The translations under genes were made by a program, and so were the position numbers. Positions 27,782-35,345 of a stretch of DNA of 43,730 nt are shown piece by piece. Position 1 is the first letter of the stretch. Every line of letters begins with the position of its first letter. Origin of the DNA: a virus (taxonomy: Duplodnaviria > Caudoviricetes); IMG/VR virus record IMGVR_UViG_3300046408_000003, positions 1 to 43,730 of that record, one strand, 5' to 3'. The notes beneath the pieces are model-generated. The model did not search any database. It was not told the DNA's origin and worked only from the letters and a program-made list of their open reading frames with translations.

Positions 27782-28086
27782 AACTCACCGACCTGAACCC
27801 GAAGTGGATAGGCTCAGGCGGCCCTGGCGTTACATGCGAAGGCAAGCCGGTGCCGCGCCGCGAAGGCGTGATGCTGACATTCGATTGCCCGTGCGGTTGT
27901 CAGCATCCGATCGCGGTCTACATCGACCCGCCGCTAGACGGCAATCCATCGGATCCGCATTGCTTGCCGAAATGGGCGCGCACCGGCGAGGCGTTCGAAG
28001 CGCTGACGCTGACGCCTTCGATCCTTCGCCGAGGCGGTTGCGGCTGGCACGGTTTCGTCACCAACGGGGAGCTCGTCACATGCTGA
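27778..28086 (+). CDS. DUF6527-like Cys/His protein
   Basis: FDCPCGC...W...LTLTPSI...CGWHGFVTNG. Confidence 0.65.
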   Translation: MKLTDLNPKWIGSGGPGVTCEGKPVPRREGVMLTFDCPCGCQHPIAVYIDPPLDGNPSDPHCLPKWARTGEAFEALTLTPSILRRGGCGWHGFVTNGELVTC

Positions 28087-28406
28087 CGCCGCAGCCTGAC
28101 CAGCCGCCGCGCTTGCGCGACCAGATCGCCGCATGCATGGATGCGCGAGCGAGCGCCGGCAAGATTCGCGACGACTGGCGCGACTATCTCAAGTTCCGGT
28201 CGACGCACGGCGCCGGCGGCGGGATCGTCGCGGCAGTCGGCAACGCTGCGGTCACCTACGCGCAAGCCGAGCCGATGACGAAAAGCCTGCCGCATTACCT
28301 GGCGAGCGTCGTCCTGGTTTTCGCTTGCGCCTGGACGATGTACGGCACGCTCACGAAGCAGCCGAACTTGAACCCGCCGAAAGACGACGAAGACGGAACG
28401 GCGTAG
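28080..28406 (+). CDS. Holin-like membrane protein
   Basis: DDWRDYLKF.S followed by two hydrophobic segments and LTKQPNL; GGGGAG RBS. Confidence 0.55.
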   Translation: MLTPQPDQPPRLRDQIAACMDARASAGKIRDDWRDYLKFRSTHGAGGGIVAAVGNAAVTYAQAEPMTKSLPHYLASVVLVFACAWTMYGTLTKQPNLNPPKDDEDGTA

Positions 28407-28442
28407 GATCGACGGCGCTGTTCCCATCCACCGGAGGTTCGT

Positions 28443-28799
28443 ATGTTTCCGTTGTCTCGAGGTCAGTTCTTCGCCATCGCCGCTGTGGCGCTCCTGAGCG
28501 CATGCGCCGCGCTCCACAAGACCGAACAAGCGGTCGCCACCGTCAACGCAGCCGCCACGCCGACACGCATTGCCGAGGCGTGCCAGACGATCAAGAGCGG
28601 CGAAGACGCCGTCCTGCTCGCCGCATCGACCGGCACGTTGCAGGCGTGGCAATTGAAAGCGGTCCGCGCCGCGATTCCGTTCAAGGCGCCGATCTGCAAC
28701 ACCAAGCCGATGCCGACCAGCATTTCCCAAGCCGCATGGGACGCGCTACTCGGCGCCGAAACCGCAACGAAACAGATCGCCGGGAGCAAAGCACCATGA
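28443..28799 (+). CDS. Lipoprotein (possible spanin component)
   Basis: Lipobox LLSA|C after a hydrophobic core; GGAGG RBS. Confidence 0.75.
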   Translation: MFPLSRGQFFAIAAVALLSACAALHKTEQAVATVNAAATPTRIAEACQTIKSGEDAVLLAASTGTLQAWQLKAVRAAIPFKAPICNTKPMPTSISQAAWDALLGAETATKQIAGSKAP

Positions 28800-29131
28800 A
28801 CGCTTCGAACTGGTCCAGCATGGCCGCCTCGCTGGTCGCCGACTTCCAGGCGGCCGAGCCGATCATCAAGCAGGCGGTCGCGACCGCCGAGCCGACAGTC
28901 GAAGCCGCGCTCGAGGCCGCCGTGTCGGCCTACAATCCGGCGCTTGGCGGCGCTGCGAAGTTCGCCATCGGCCTAGCAAAGCTCACGGCCGATTACGTCG
29001 GCAAGATGGAGGCGATCAAGGCGGCGAGCCCGAACGTGCCTGCCGACGTTTGGAGCTCCATCGCCGACGGGAACATCGCCGACGACGCCGCGATCATGGC
29101 GCTCGCAATGCCCGGCGTCATCGGGAACTGA
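28796..29131 (+). CDS. Hypothetical Ala-rich protein, last late gene
   Basis: ATGA overlap at 28796; GGGAG RBS; 111 aa. Confidence 0.65.
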   Translation: MNASNWSSMAASLVADFQAAEPIIKQAVATAEPTVEAALEAAVSAYNPALGGAAKFAIGLAKLTADYVGKMEAIKAASPNVPADVWSSIADGNIADDAAIMALAMPGVIGN

Positions 29132-29167
29132 AAAAGGAACGGCCGCCAGCGCGAACTGGCGGCCGTT
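29131..29167 (-). terminator. Intrinsic terminator (leftward; possibly bidirectional)
   Basis: AACGGCCGCCAG-CGCGAA-CTGGCGGCCGTT 12-bp stem; followed by CCTTTTT on the - strand. Confidence 0.75.
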
Positions 29168-29217
29168 TGGCTTGGGCATCTTCCCGCAGGGCATCCGTCA
29201 AGCCGGGACACGCTGGC

Positions 29218-29246
29218 TTTATAGACCGGACAGTTCAGGAATTCAA
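29218..29246 (-). promoter_or_regulatory. Sigma70-like promoter TTGAAT-N17-TATAAA
   Basis: On the - strand: TTGAAT (29246-29241), 17 nt, TATAAA (29223-29218). Confidence 0.5.
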
Positions 29247-29268
29247 CCCGGCCGAGCGCCGGGTTTTT
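29245..29268 (+). terminator. Intrinsic terminator (rightward)
   Basis: AACCCGGC-CGAGC-GCCGGGTT-TTT, located between convergent operons. Confidence 0.75.
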
Positions 29269-29297
29269 CATGGTTCAGCGTGGGATCGTCCAGTAAG

Positions 29298-29414
29298 TCA
29301 GCGATCGCCTTTCCTTCGCGGCGAGCCGCAGAACTTGCAGCGCTTCGCCGGCGTCCTGGCCATCTTCACGATCGCGAACGATCCGTTCCCGAGGTCGATC
29401 GTCTTGCAAGGCAT
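29298..29414 (-). CDS. Short, possibly truncated Zn-finger-like ORF (38 aa)
   Basis: GGAG RBS; MPCKTIDLGNG...KRCKFCG with only one CxxC pair. Confidence 0.35.
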   Translation of the reverse strand: MPCKTIDLGNGSFAIVKMARTPAKRCKFCGSPRRKGDR

Positions 29415-29419
29415 GGCGC

Positions 29420-29872
29420 CTACTCCAGAACCTGGAAATGCGCGGCGAACTCGGCCGCTTCGATCGCGCGCTCGACCACCGCGACGCACGCTTCGTGCAA
29501 GCTCCGCTGCGCGCGCGCCTTGCGGACCAGCGTCACGCCACCGAGCGCGTTGCGCTCGACATATTCGACGACGAACAGGTCCGGTGCGGCCGTGCGCTCG
29601 AGTAGTTTTTGCAGGTCCGCATGGATCACGCCGAGCCGTTCGTCCGTCAAGCGCCGGATCAGGTCAGCGAAGGTCATCGACAGAATCGCGCCGCAGAACT
29701 TCACGTCGGCTGCCTTGAGATACTTTTCGTGCGCTTCGGCATCGGACTTGAGCGTGTAAAGGCCGACCATCACGAAATCCGAAACGTGCGCGCGGTACTG
29801 ATAGACCGCGTGGAACAGCGGCTCGGGCGCTACGAATTCGGGACGCTCGGCGGTTGCTTCGGAATTATCCAC
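29420..29872 (-). CDS. Hypothetical protein
   Basis: 150 aa, AAGGA RBS, in the leftward operon. Confidence 0.6.
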   Translation of the reverse strand: MDNSEATAERPEFVAPEPLFHAVYQYRAHVSDFVMVGLYTLKSDAEAHEKYLKAADVKFCGAILSMTFADLIRRLTDERLGVIHADLQKLLERTAAPDLFVVEYVERNALGGVTLVRKARAQRSLHEACVAVVERAIEAAEFAAHFQVLE

Positions 29873-30161
29873 GGCATTTCCTTAGTTTCTGGAAGGGTTT
29901 GGAACTAAAAAGGTCCGGTGTTATCGGAATAGGCGCGCGCGGAGATTTCGTCGGTTGCTCTTGAATCCATTCCCTAGCGCGGCGCGCGGCCGCCAGATAT
30001 GCCGCGCTCGGTGTCTTCGTTACTTCCTGACCTGGCCGGTATGTTTGCCAGATCGCGTCCCGGATCGGTTTCGGCAGGGAATACCAGTGCAGGCGGCAAC
30101 CCCACATAGCCGGCGGAACTTCGACGGCGCATCCTGGCCAGTGGCAAGTGTGGCCGCTCAT
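29865..30161 (-). CDS. Conserved phage Cys/His protein
   Basis: HTCHWPGC...VPPAMWGC..HW..LP..IRDAIW..YRPGQE. Confidence 0.7.
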   Translation of the reverse strand: MSGHTCHWPGCAVEVPPAMWGCRLHWYSLPKPIRDAIWQTYRPGQEVTKTPSAAYLAAARRAREWIQEQPTKSPRAPIPITPDLFSSKPFQKLRKCRG

Positions 30162-30340
30162 TCCTTCGGCATCATCGCGCGTTCGATTCGCTCGGCGTGT
30201 TCTTCCAATATCCGAGCAAGTCGATCGATTGAACTGTCGAAACTGCTTGCCGCTCGCTGCATATCGTCGGCAGCGCTTTGCATCCTGCCGGCCGCGCGTT
30301 GCACGTCGTCGGCCCCCATCAACGTAATGTAATCACCCAC
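30158..30340 (-). CDS. Hypothetical protein (60 aa)
   Basis: Overlap-coupled with both neighbours; AGGAG RBS. Confidence 0.6.
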   Translation of the reverse strand: MGDYITLMGADDVQRAAGRMQSAADDMQRAASSFDSSIDRLARILEEHAERIERAMMPKE

Positions 30341-30662
30341 GGCTGGCTCCTGAAACTGAAAAGAAATGCTGCGCGCCGTGCATGCCGTTCCTTGTGAGGC
30401 GGCAAGCGCTCCGAACGACGCGGCGTTGACTGGTAAGCCGGCGCATTAGGACGTATATATCCTGCGTGCTGATTCCGGTGAGGCGTGAAAGGTCCGTGAC
30501 CGTCGCCGGCGCTTGCGCAAGGATGCGCAGGACGCGATCCTCTGGCGTGTTCGATTCGTTGGCATGGATCGGCACAAGCGGATGGAAACGATCCCGCAAG
30601 CGGCCGCCTATGGTCCAGGCGACCGTCTTGCGCTCCACTCCAAAGGCCGCGCACTCATTCAT
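30333..30662 (-). CDS. Putative winged-HTH protein
   Basis: RVLRILAQAPATVTDLSRLTGISTQDIYVLMRRL..QRRV; ATGA overlap at 30662. Confidence 0.55.
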   Translation of the reverse strand: MNECAAFGVERKTVAWTIGGRLRDRFHPLVPIHANESNTPEDRVLRILAQAPATVTDLSRLTGISTQDIYVLMRRLTSQRRVVRSACRLTRNGMHGAQHFFSVSGASRG

Positions 30663-31216
30663 GACTTCGCGGCTTCCGCCATCGCGCACGCCAGGATATC
30701 GGCCATCGCCGCTTCGTTCGAATCATAGAACCGGCAAGGATTGATCGGAGCGCCGCTCTCGCGGTAGATCAACTGGGCGGCCAGCGCGTCGCCGTGAAAG
30801 CGTGCGAGCGCATATCCTTCCTCGCCGGCAAGATGGATAGCCCAGCCGCCACGACAGTGCGTCGTGTTGCACGAATGCCAGCTTTCCATTGCGAGTTCGC
30901 CTCGATTCGTGACCGCATCGGCGATTCGCCAGTGAATGTTTTCGACTTTCGGAATAGTCGGCGGAACGAAGCCGCCGGTTTTTCCCGAGCAGCCCGAGCA
31001 GCGCGAGCAGTCCAAGCAGCGCGAGCAGTCCGAGCAGCCCGAGCAGCGCGAGCAGCCCGAGCAGTGCGAGCAGCGCGAGCAGTGCGAGCAGCGCGAGCAG
31101 TTTGTGCAATCTCTGCAATCGATGAGGCTATCGAGCGCCTTTTGTGCCGCTTCGGCCGATCCGAAGTATTCGACGCTGCACTTGTTTCCGTTTGTGTCTT
31201 TCAACCAAGTGGTTAT
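30659..31216 (-). CDS. CxxCxxC-repeat protein with C-terminal WHSCNTTHCRGGWA domain (start ATA 31216 or TTG 31204)
   Basis: 15 consecutive Cxx units, then IPKVENIH...LAMESWHSCNTTHCRGGWAIHLAGEEG. Confidence 0.75.
   Translation of the reverse strand: MTTWLKDTNGNKCSVEYFGSAEAAQKALDSLIDCRDCTNCSRCSHCSRCSHCSGCSRCSGCSDCSRCLDCSRCSGCSGKTGGFVPPTIPKVENIHWRIADAVTNRGELAMESWHSCNTTHCRGGWAIHLAGEEGYALARFHGDALAAQLIYRESGAPINPCRFYDSNEAAMADILACAMAEAAKS
30983..31117 (-). repeat. Coding 9-bp tandem repeat (consensus TGC-TCG-NNN), 15 units
   Basis: + strand reads ...gagcagcccgagcagcgcgagcag... Confidence 0.9.
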
Positions 31217-31389
31217 GATTTCGGTTCCTTTGATTTCGCGAGCTTCGTTAGTTCCTCGCGCATAATGGGGACGTGTGGCGGCGCGTCGATTCCAATTTCG
31301 ACGCGCTCGCCTTCGACCGATAGAACGACAAGGCGGACCGAATCACCGATCCAAACCGCCTCGCCGGGTTTGCGTTTCAATCGCAACAT
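31213..31389 (-). CDS. csrA: Carbon storage regulator CsrA/RsmA homolog (58 aa; absent from ORF track)
   Basis: MLRLKRKPGEAVWIGDSVRLVVLSVEGERVEIGIDAPPHVPIMREEL aligns without gaps to MLILTRRVGE..IGD.V.V.VL.V.G.QVRIG..AP..V.VHREEI; GGAG RBS. Confidence 0.9.
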   Translation of the reverse strand: MLRLKRKPGEAVWIGDSVRLVVLSVEGERVEIGIDAPPHVPIMREELTKLAKSKEPKS

Positions 31390-31403
31390 GTCGCGCTCCG
31401 CAG

Positions 31404-32021
31404 TTATGCAGCGTTGCCGAAAATCCGTTCTTCGAGCGCGTCCAGTTCACCGTTGAAGTCGTCGATCGCGACGGACAGTTCGGCCAGGTAAGCGCTGTCG
31501 CGTTCCTCGCGGAACTTGAACATCGGCAAGCCTGGCCAGTAGGAAACCAGGTCGATCCATGCTCGGCCGCTGACCAGCAATTGCCCCTGAACTTGCGCTT
31601 TGTTTTCCGGCGGCAGTTTGCCGGCAAGCATGATTTCGAAATGGATGTGTGGGACGTGCGTCTTGATTTCGGCCGCGCCGTCCGTGCCGATCAAGCGGTC
31701 CAGGCTGGCGCCTTTGCGGCCGCGCCGCATGAACCCGCAAGGAAGCAAGTCGACGTCATAGCGCATCGAATAGGCCGCGCGCGCTTCGTCTTCCATTTCG
31801 TGACCGCGTTCCATCGCACCGTTCGAAAACGATTCCGTCGGCTTGCCGGTGCGGCGCTCGCCGATTAACTGCAGCATGTACTTCCGGCGCGTTTTCGAAT
31901 CGCCACCGCCGCGACCGGATGCGAGCACGGTCTTGAACTGCGAAGCGGTCGGAATGCCAAGCCGGCAGGCGAACCATTCCGGCGTGTTCTGCTTAACATC
32001 GAAGATTTCGAGCTTGTCCAT
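31404..32021 (-). CDS. YqaJ / lambda-exonuclease family protein
   Basis: QNTPEWFACRLGIPTAS...MERGHEMEDEAR...GASLD...EIK...QVQGQLLVSGR.W.D. Confidence 0.92.
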   Translation of the reverse strand: MDKLEIFDVKQNTPEWFACRLGIPTASQFKTVLASGRGGGDSKTRRKYMLQLIGERRTGKPTESFSNGAMERGHEMEDEARAAYSMRYDVDLLPCGFMRRGRKGASLDRLIGTDGAAEIKTHVPHIHFEIMLAGKLPPENKAQVQGQLLVSGRAWIDLVSYWPGLPMFKFREERDSAYLAELSVAIDDFNGELDALEERIFGNAA

Positions 32022-32208
32022 TGCGCTTCCTTTGTGTTGTCGGTTCGGTTGTGGATCGTTGCCAGACTAGCCGGTGTTCCCACCGGCATCCTTTGCGGTT
32101 GCATTGCTTCCAGCGCTCGCGCCAGTAACCGCCGTTCGCCTTGCGCGCCTTCCACGAAAGATGGGACATGCGCGCGATTGCCAGGTCGCGATCGGTCGCG
32201 GCTCTCAT
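31993..32208 (-). CDS. Possible small basic protein (71 aa)
   Basis: ATGA overlap with the ERF stop. It also overlaps the exonuclease start, so it is uncertain. Confidence 0.35.
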   Translation of the reverse strand: MRAATDRDLAIARMSHLSWKARKANGGYWRERWKQCNRKGCRWEHRLVWQRSTTEPTTQRKRNGQARNLRC

Positions 32209-32990
32209 TTCACGAGCCCCTTTTGCGTGGCCGTGTTCTTCAACTGGTTCAGGATGTTCTGGTAGTGCGAGCGCGGCATGTCGGCGACCTTTTCGATCAC
32301 AAGGCCGGTCGTGCGCGATGCCCATTCATAGAACCGCACGCGATTGACGGCCGCGTTATTGATCCAGTCTTCGACCGTCTGCTGCTCGGCTTCCGTGAGG
32401 TTGTCGGCTTCGTCCTTGCCGGCGTCCGGATCGCCGCGGCCATCGTTGTCCATGCCGACCGTAGCGAGCCCGGTAATAGCGAGCAGGCTGTAGCGCTGCA
32501 TATACGTTTGGGTCGACGCGATGCCCTGGATCGTGTTCTTGTTGCCGCTCTGGTCGATCGGTGCCGGCGGCATGACGATGCGCTCGCTGTGGCCTTGCTT
32601 GTGCGTGATCGTGCACGTGACCACGACGCCGCCTTCCATCTTCACGTCCCACGCATGCGAAAAGCCGTGCGCGGCGAGCGCGGAAACAATCTGCTGGCAG
32701 ACGTTGCCGAGGTCGGCGTGATAGTAGGACGTGTCCGCCTTGCCGTCCTTTCCTTTGAAGAACACGCGCGACGACTTGAGGATTTCCGGCGGGTTTTTCT
32801 TGAACTCGGCCATAGCTTCGACGTAAGCCTTGCGGGCTTCGTCCGCTTCGTACTTCTGCTTCAGCGCATAAAGGCGCTCAAGGGTTTCGATCGGGACGTT
32901 CGCCTTGATACCGGCGAAGATCATGTCGTCTGGCGTTGCCTGCCGCGCGACCATTGCGGTCGACGCGGGTTCTTTCGGGTTTGCGGCCAT
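32205..32990 (-). CDS. erf: ERF family single-strand annealing protein
   Basis: Y.HADL..V...L..HG...VTCTITH..GHSE...SGNKN.IQ.I.ST.TY.QRYSL.AITGLA...DNDG; AAGGAG RBS. Confidence 0.9.
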   Translation of the reverse strand: MAANPKEPASTAMVARQATPDDMIFAGIKANVPIETLERLYALKQKYEADEARKAYVEAMAEFKKNPPEILKSSRVFFKGKDGKADTSYYHADLGNVCQQIVSALAAHGFSHAWDVKMEGGVVVTCTITHKQGHSERIVMPPAPIDQSGNKNTIQGIASTQTYMQRYSLLAITGLATVGMDNDGRGDPDAGKDEADNLTEAEQQTVEDWINNAAVNRVRFYEWASRTTGLVIEKVADMPRSHYQNILNQLKNTATQKGLVK

Positions 32991-33081
32991 ATCTGGCTCC
33001 TTCCTGGTGGCTGGGGAATGCACAGCCGGACAATGCGGGATCCGTCCGGCTTACGGATGACGCGCCTTCGCGCGCCGAAAG

Positions 33082-33810
33082 TCAAATACCATCCAGAACG
33101 CGCCGCGCCTTCGAAAGTTTCTCGCGCAATTCCTGGACCGACTGATTCAACGCTTCGCGTTCGTCCGGCGGAAGCCATCCGAGTTCCTGCAACCGCTGGC
33201 AGATCGCCGACTCATGCCGCTCCGTATCGCTCAGGTCATAGACCATGCCGGCGACCGGACCAGGACCGGAAGATGCGACGGCGACCCTGAATTTGTCGGC
33301 GAGCGCTGCGCGGGCTTCGTCGCGCTCCGTGGTCAACCCTTCGATCTTGGCGAACTGTTCGGCAATCGTTCGCTGCATCGTAATGGCCTGCTGATAACTT
33401 CCAAGCACCAGCGCGTCGTTCCGCTCACGCAGCAAGTCGTGCGCCGTGGCTTCCATCGCGTCGGCTTTGCCTTTGATCGCGTCGCGCTCGCTGATCGCCT
33501 TGTCGCGCTGGTCGCGGTAGGCGTCCGCCGCTATCTTCGCGGAATCGCGCTCGCGGCAAACTTCCTCGAGGGAAGCCTGGTGCAAGTTCGCGCGCTCGCA
33601 TGCCGACTGCCGCTCGCGCATCACGCCGGTCAACTGATAACGAAGCCTTCCGCACTGGGCAACCGCGTCGCGTTCGCATTCGACCAGATTCCGGAGGCCG
33701 CGACCGTTGACCAGGATGTCTTGGACTTCGTTTGGATCGCTCAAGTCGATCGACACGACAAGCGCGCGACCGTAACCGCCGATTCCGTTGCCTTGCACTT
33801 CGATTTTCAT
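33082..33810 (-). CDS. Coiled-coil hypothetical protein
   Basis: Repeated ERD/ERN heptads; coupled to the upstream gene. Confidence 0.7.
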   Translation of the reverse strand: MKIEVQGNGIGGYGRALVVSIDLSDPNEVQDILVNGRGLRNLVECERDAVAQCGRLRYQLTGVMRERQSACERANLHQASLEEVCRERDSAKIAADAYRDQRDKAISERDAIKGKADAMEATAHDLLRERNDALVLGSYQQAITMQRTIAEQFAKIEGLTTERDEARAALADKFRVAVASSGPGPVAGMVYDLSDTERHESAICQRLQELGWLPPDEREALNQSVQELREKLSKARRVLDGI

Positions 33811-35126
33811 AGGACCACCTTCGGCAGATTGCCCAGCGCCGCGCGCAGCTTCCTGGTTTCGATCCGGCGCGCATAGCCTTCGTTGACCAGCAAGGCGAGC
33901 GCGCCGCGCGCGGCGTCGACCAGCGTAGCGCGTTCGATTTCCTGTTCTTCCAGGCGCAGCCGTTCGGCTTCGGCGGCTTCCTCGCGGATCCGCAGGTCTT
34001 CGGCTTCCTGGACCAGCCGTTCGCGCTCGAGCCGGTTGGCTTCGTCCTGTTCGGCCTGCAGGCGCTTGCGCTCGGCGTCTTCGGTGTCCTGCCGTTCCTT
34101 CCGGACGCGCTCGGCTTCCGCGCGCTCGGCGGCAAGGCGTTCGTCTTCGATCCGCTGCGCTTCGGCACGCTCGGCCGCCAAACGCCGATCCTCCGCGTCC
34201 TGCCGTTCGCGTTCGATGCGCGCGGCTTCGGCCCTGGCGTCGGCCGCTTTCCGGTCTTCGATCGCCTGTAGGCGGTCCCGCTCGGCCTGAGCGGCATCCC
34301 GCTCGGCCTGTAGGCGGTCTGCTTCGGCCTTGTTCGCCGCGGCGACCCGTTCGTTTTCCTCGCGCGCTCGAGCGGCTTCGGCGCGGTCGGCGTCCAGTTG
34401 GGTCCGCTCGGCGTGCATCCGGCGCAGCAATTCGATCGCGTCGTCGCGCGCGCGCTGCGCGGCCGGCAAGTATTCGTCGTCGAACCTGGTCAGAACGTCG
34501 CGCTCGAGCACGGCCAGTTCTGCGCGGATGTCGTCGGCCGTCTTGCCGACCACGCGCATCGGTGCGCCGCGCATGACCGCGATGTCGTCTTCGAACGCCT
34601 GGCGCCGCTTGCGCTCGGCTTCGACGCGCTCGGCCTTCACGCGGTCGGCTTCCTTTTCCACGGCATCGCGCAGCGCGAATAGCCGGTTTTCTTCCGGCGT
34701 GATGATCGCGACCAGTTCTTTTTCCTTGTCGATCACCGCGGCGCGGAACTGGTTCGCTTCGTCGCGCGCTTCCTTGCCGAGCTTTTCGACCTGGACGCGC
34801 GTGTTCTTGAGCTTCATGTAGGACGCGTGGACCAGGTCATACCCGGCCTTGTCCGTGATCGCCGTGATCGTCTTCGTTTCTTCGACCAGCGCGGCCAGCT
34901 TCGCCTTCGTTTCGACGAAGCCGAGCGCGCGCTCGGCCTTTTGTGGGACGGTCAACGCTTGTGCCGGCGGTTCCGGTTGCGGCTTGGGTTGCTCGGCCGG
35001 CTTCGAATCGTCTGGCGGCGGCGCATCGGGATCGTTCACCGGCGCCGGACCGCGCGCCTTCGTCTTGCGTGGCTGCTTGCTTCCGCGTGCGAGGAATTCG
35101 CCGCGGTCGGGATCGGTGTCTGCCAT
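33807..35126 (-). CDS. Long coiled-coil protein (E/R/A-rich; often mislabelled TolA-like)
   Basis: ATG 35126 after GGAG; TRVQVEKLGKE...I.PEE.RL then charged repeats. Confidence 0.75.
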   Translation of the reverse strand: MADTDPDRGEFLARGSKQPRKTKARGPAPVNDPDAPPPDDSKPAEQPKPQPEPPAQALTVPQKAERALGFVETKAKLAALVEETKTITAITDKAGYDLVHASYMKLKNTRVQVEKLGKEARDEANQFRAAVIDKEKELVAIITPEENRLFALRDAVEKEADRVKAERVEAERKRRQAFEDDIAVMRGAPMRVVGKTADDIRAELAVLERDVLTRFDDEYLPAAQRARDDAIELLRRMHAERTQLDADRAEAARAREENERVAAANKAEADRLQAERDAAQAERDRLQAIEDRKAADARAEAARIERERQDAEDRRLAAERAEAQRIEDERLAAERAEAERVRKERQDTEDAERKRLQAEQDEANRLERERLVQEAEDLRIREEAAEAERLRLEEQEIERATLVDAARGALALLVNEGYARRIETRKLRAALGNLPKVVL

Positions 35127-35345
35127 CTTTGTTTCTCCGGTTGTGGACGTTTGAGAATGCCGCCTGGTTGTGCCGTGGCTGCTCGCCGGGTTTCCGGTCC
35201 GCAAATTGGCAGGCGGCATTCTGAAAATACCAGGCCGAATATCGCATCGGCGAACCGCGTCGGCCTGTCTACCGAAGGGTAGCCGGCGCATTAGTGCGGG
35301 CGTGTCGCTCCCGCACGGACATGCGGTCCGGCGTCCGGGCGTTCG
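35127..35345 (-). ncRNA. Highly structured intergenic RNA candidate
   Basis: Inverted repeats AGAATGCCGCCTG/CAGGCGGCATTCT (13 bp), CAGGCCGA/TCGGCCTG, CTACC/GGTAG, GTGCGGG/CCCGCAC, CGGAC/GTCCG. Confidence 0.45.
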
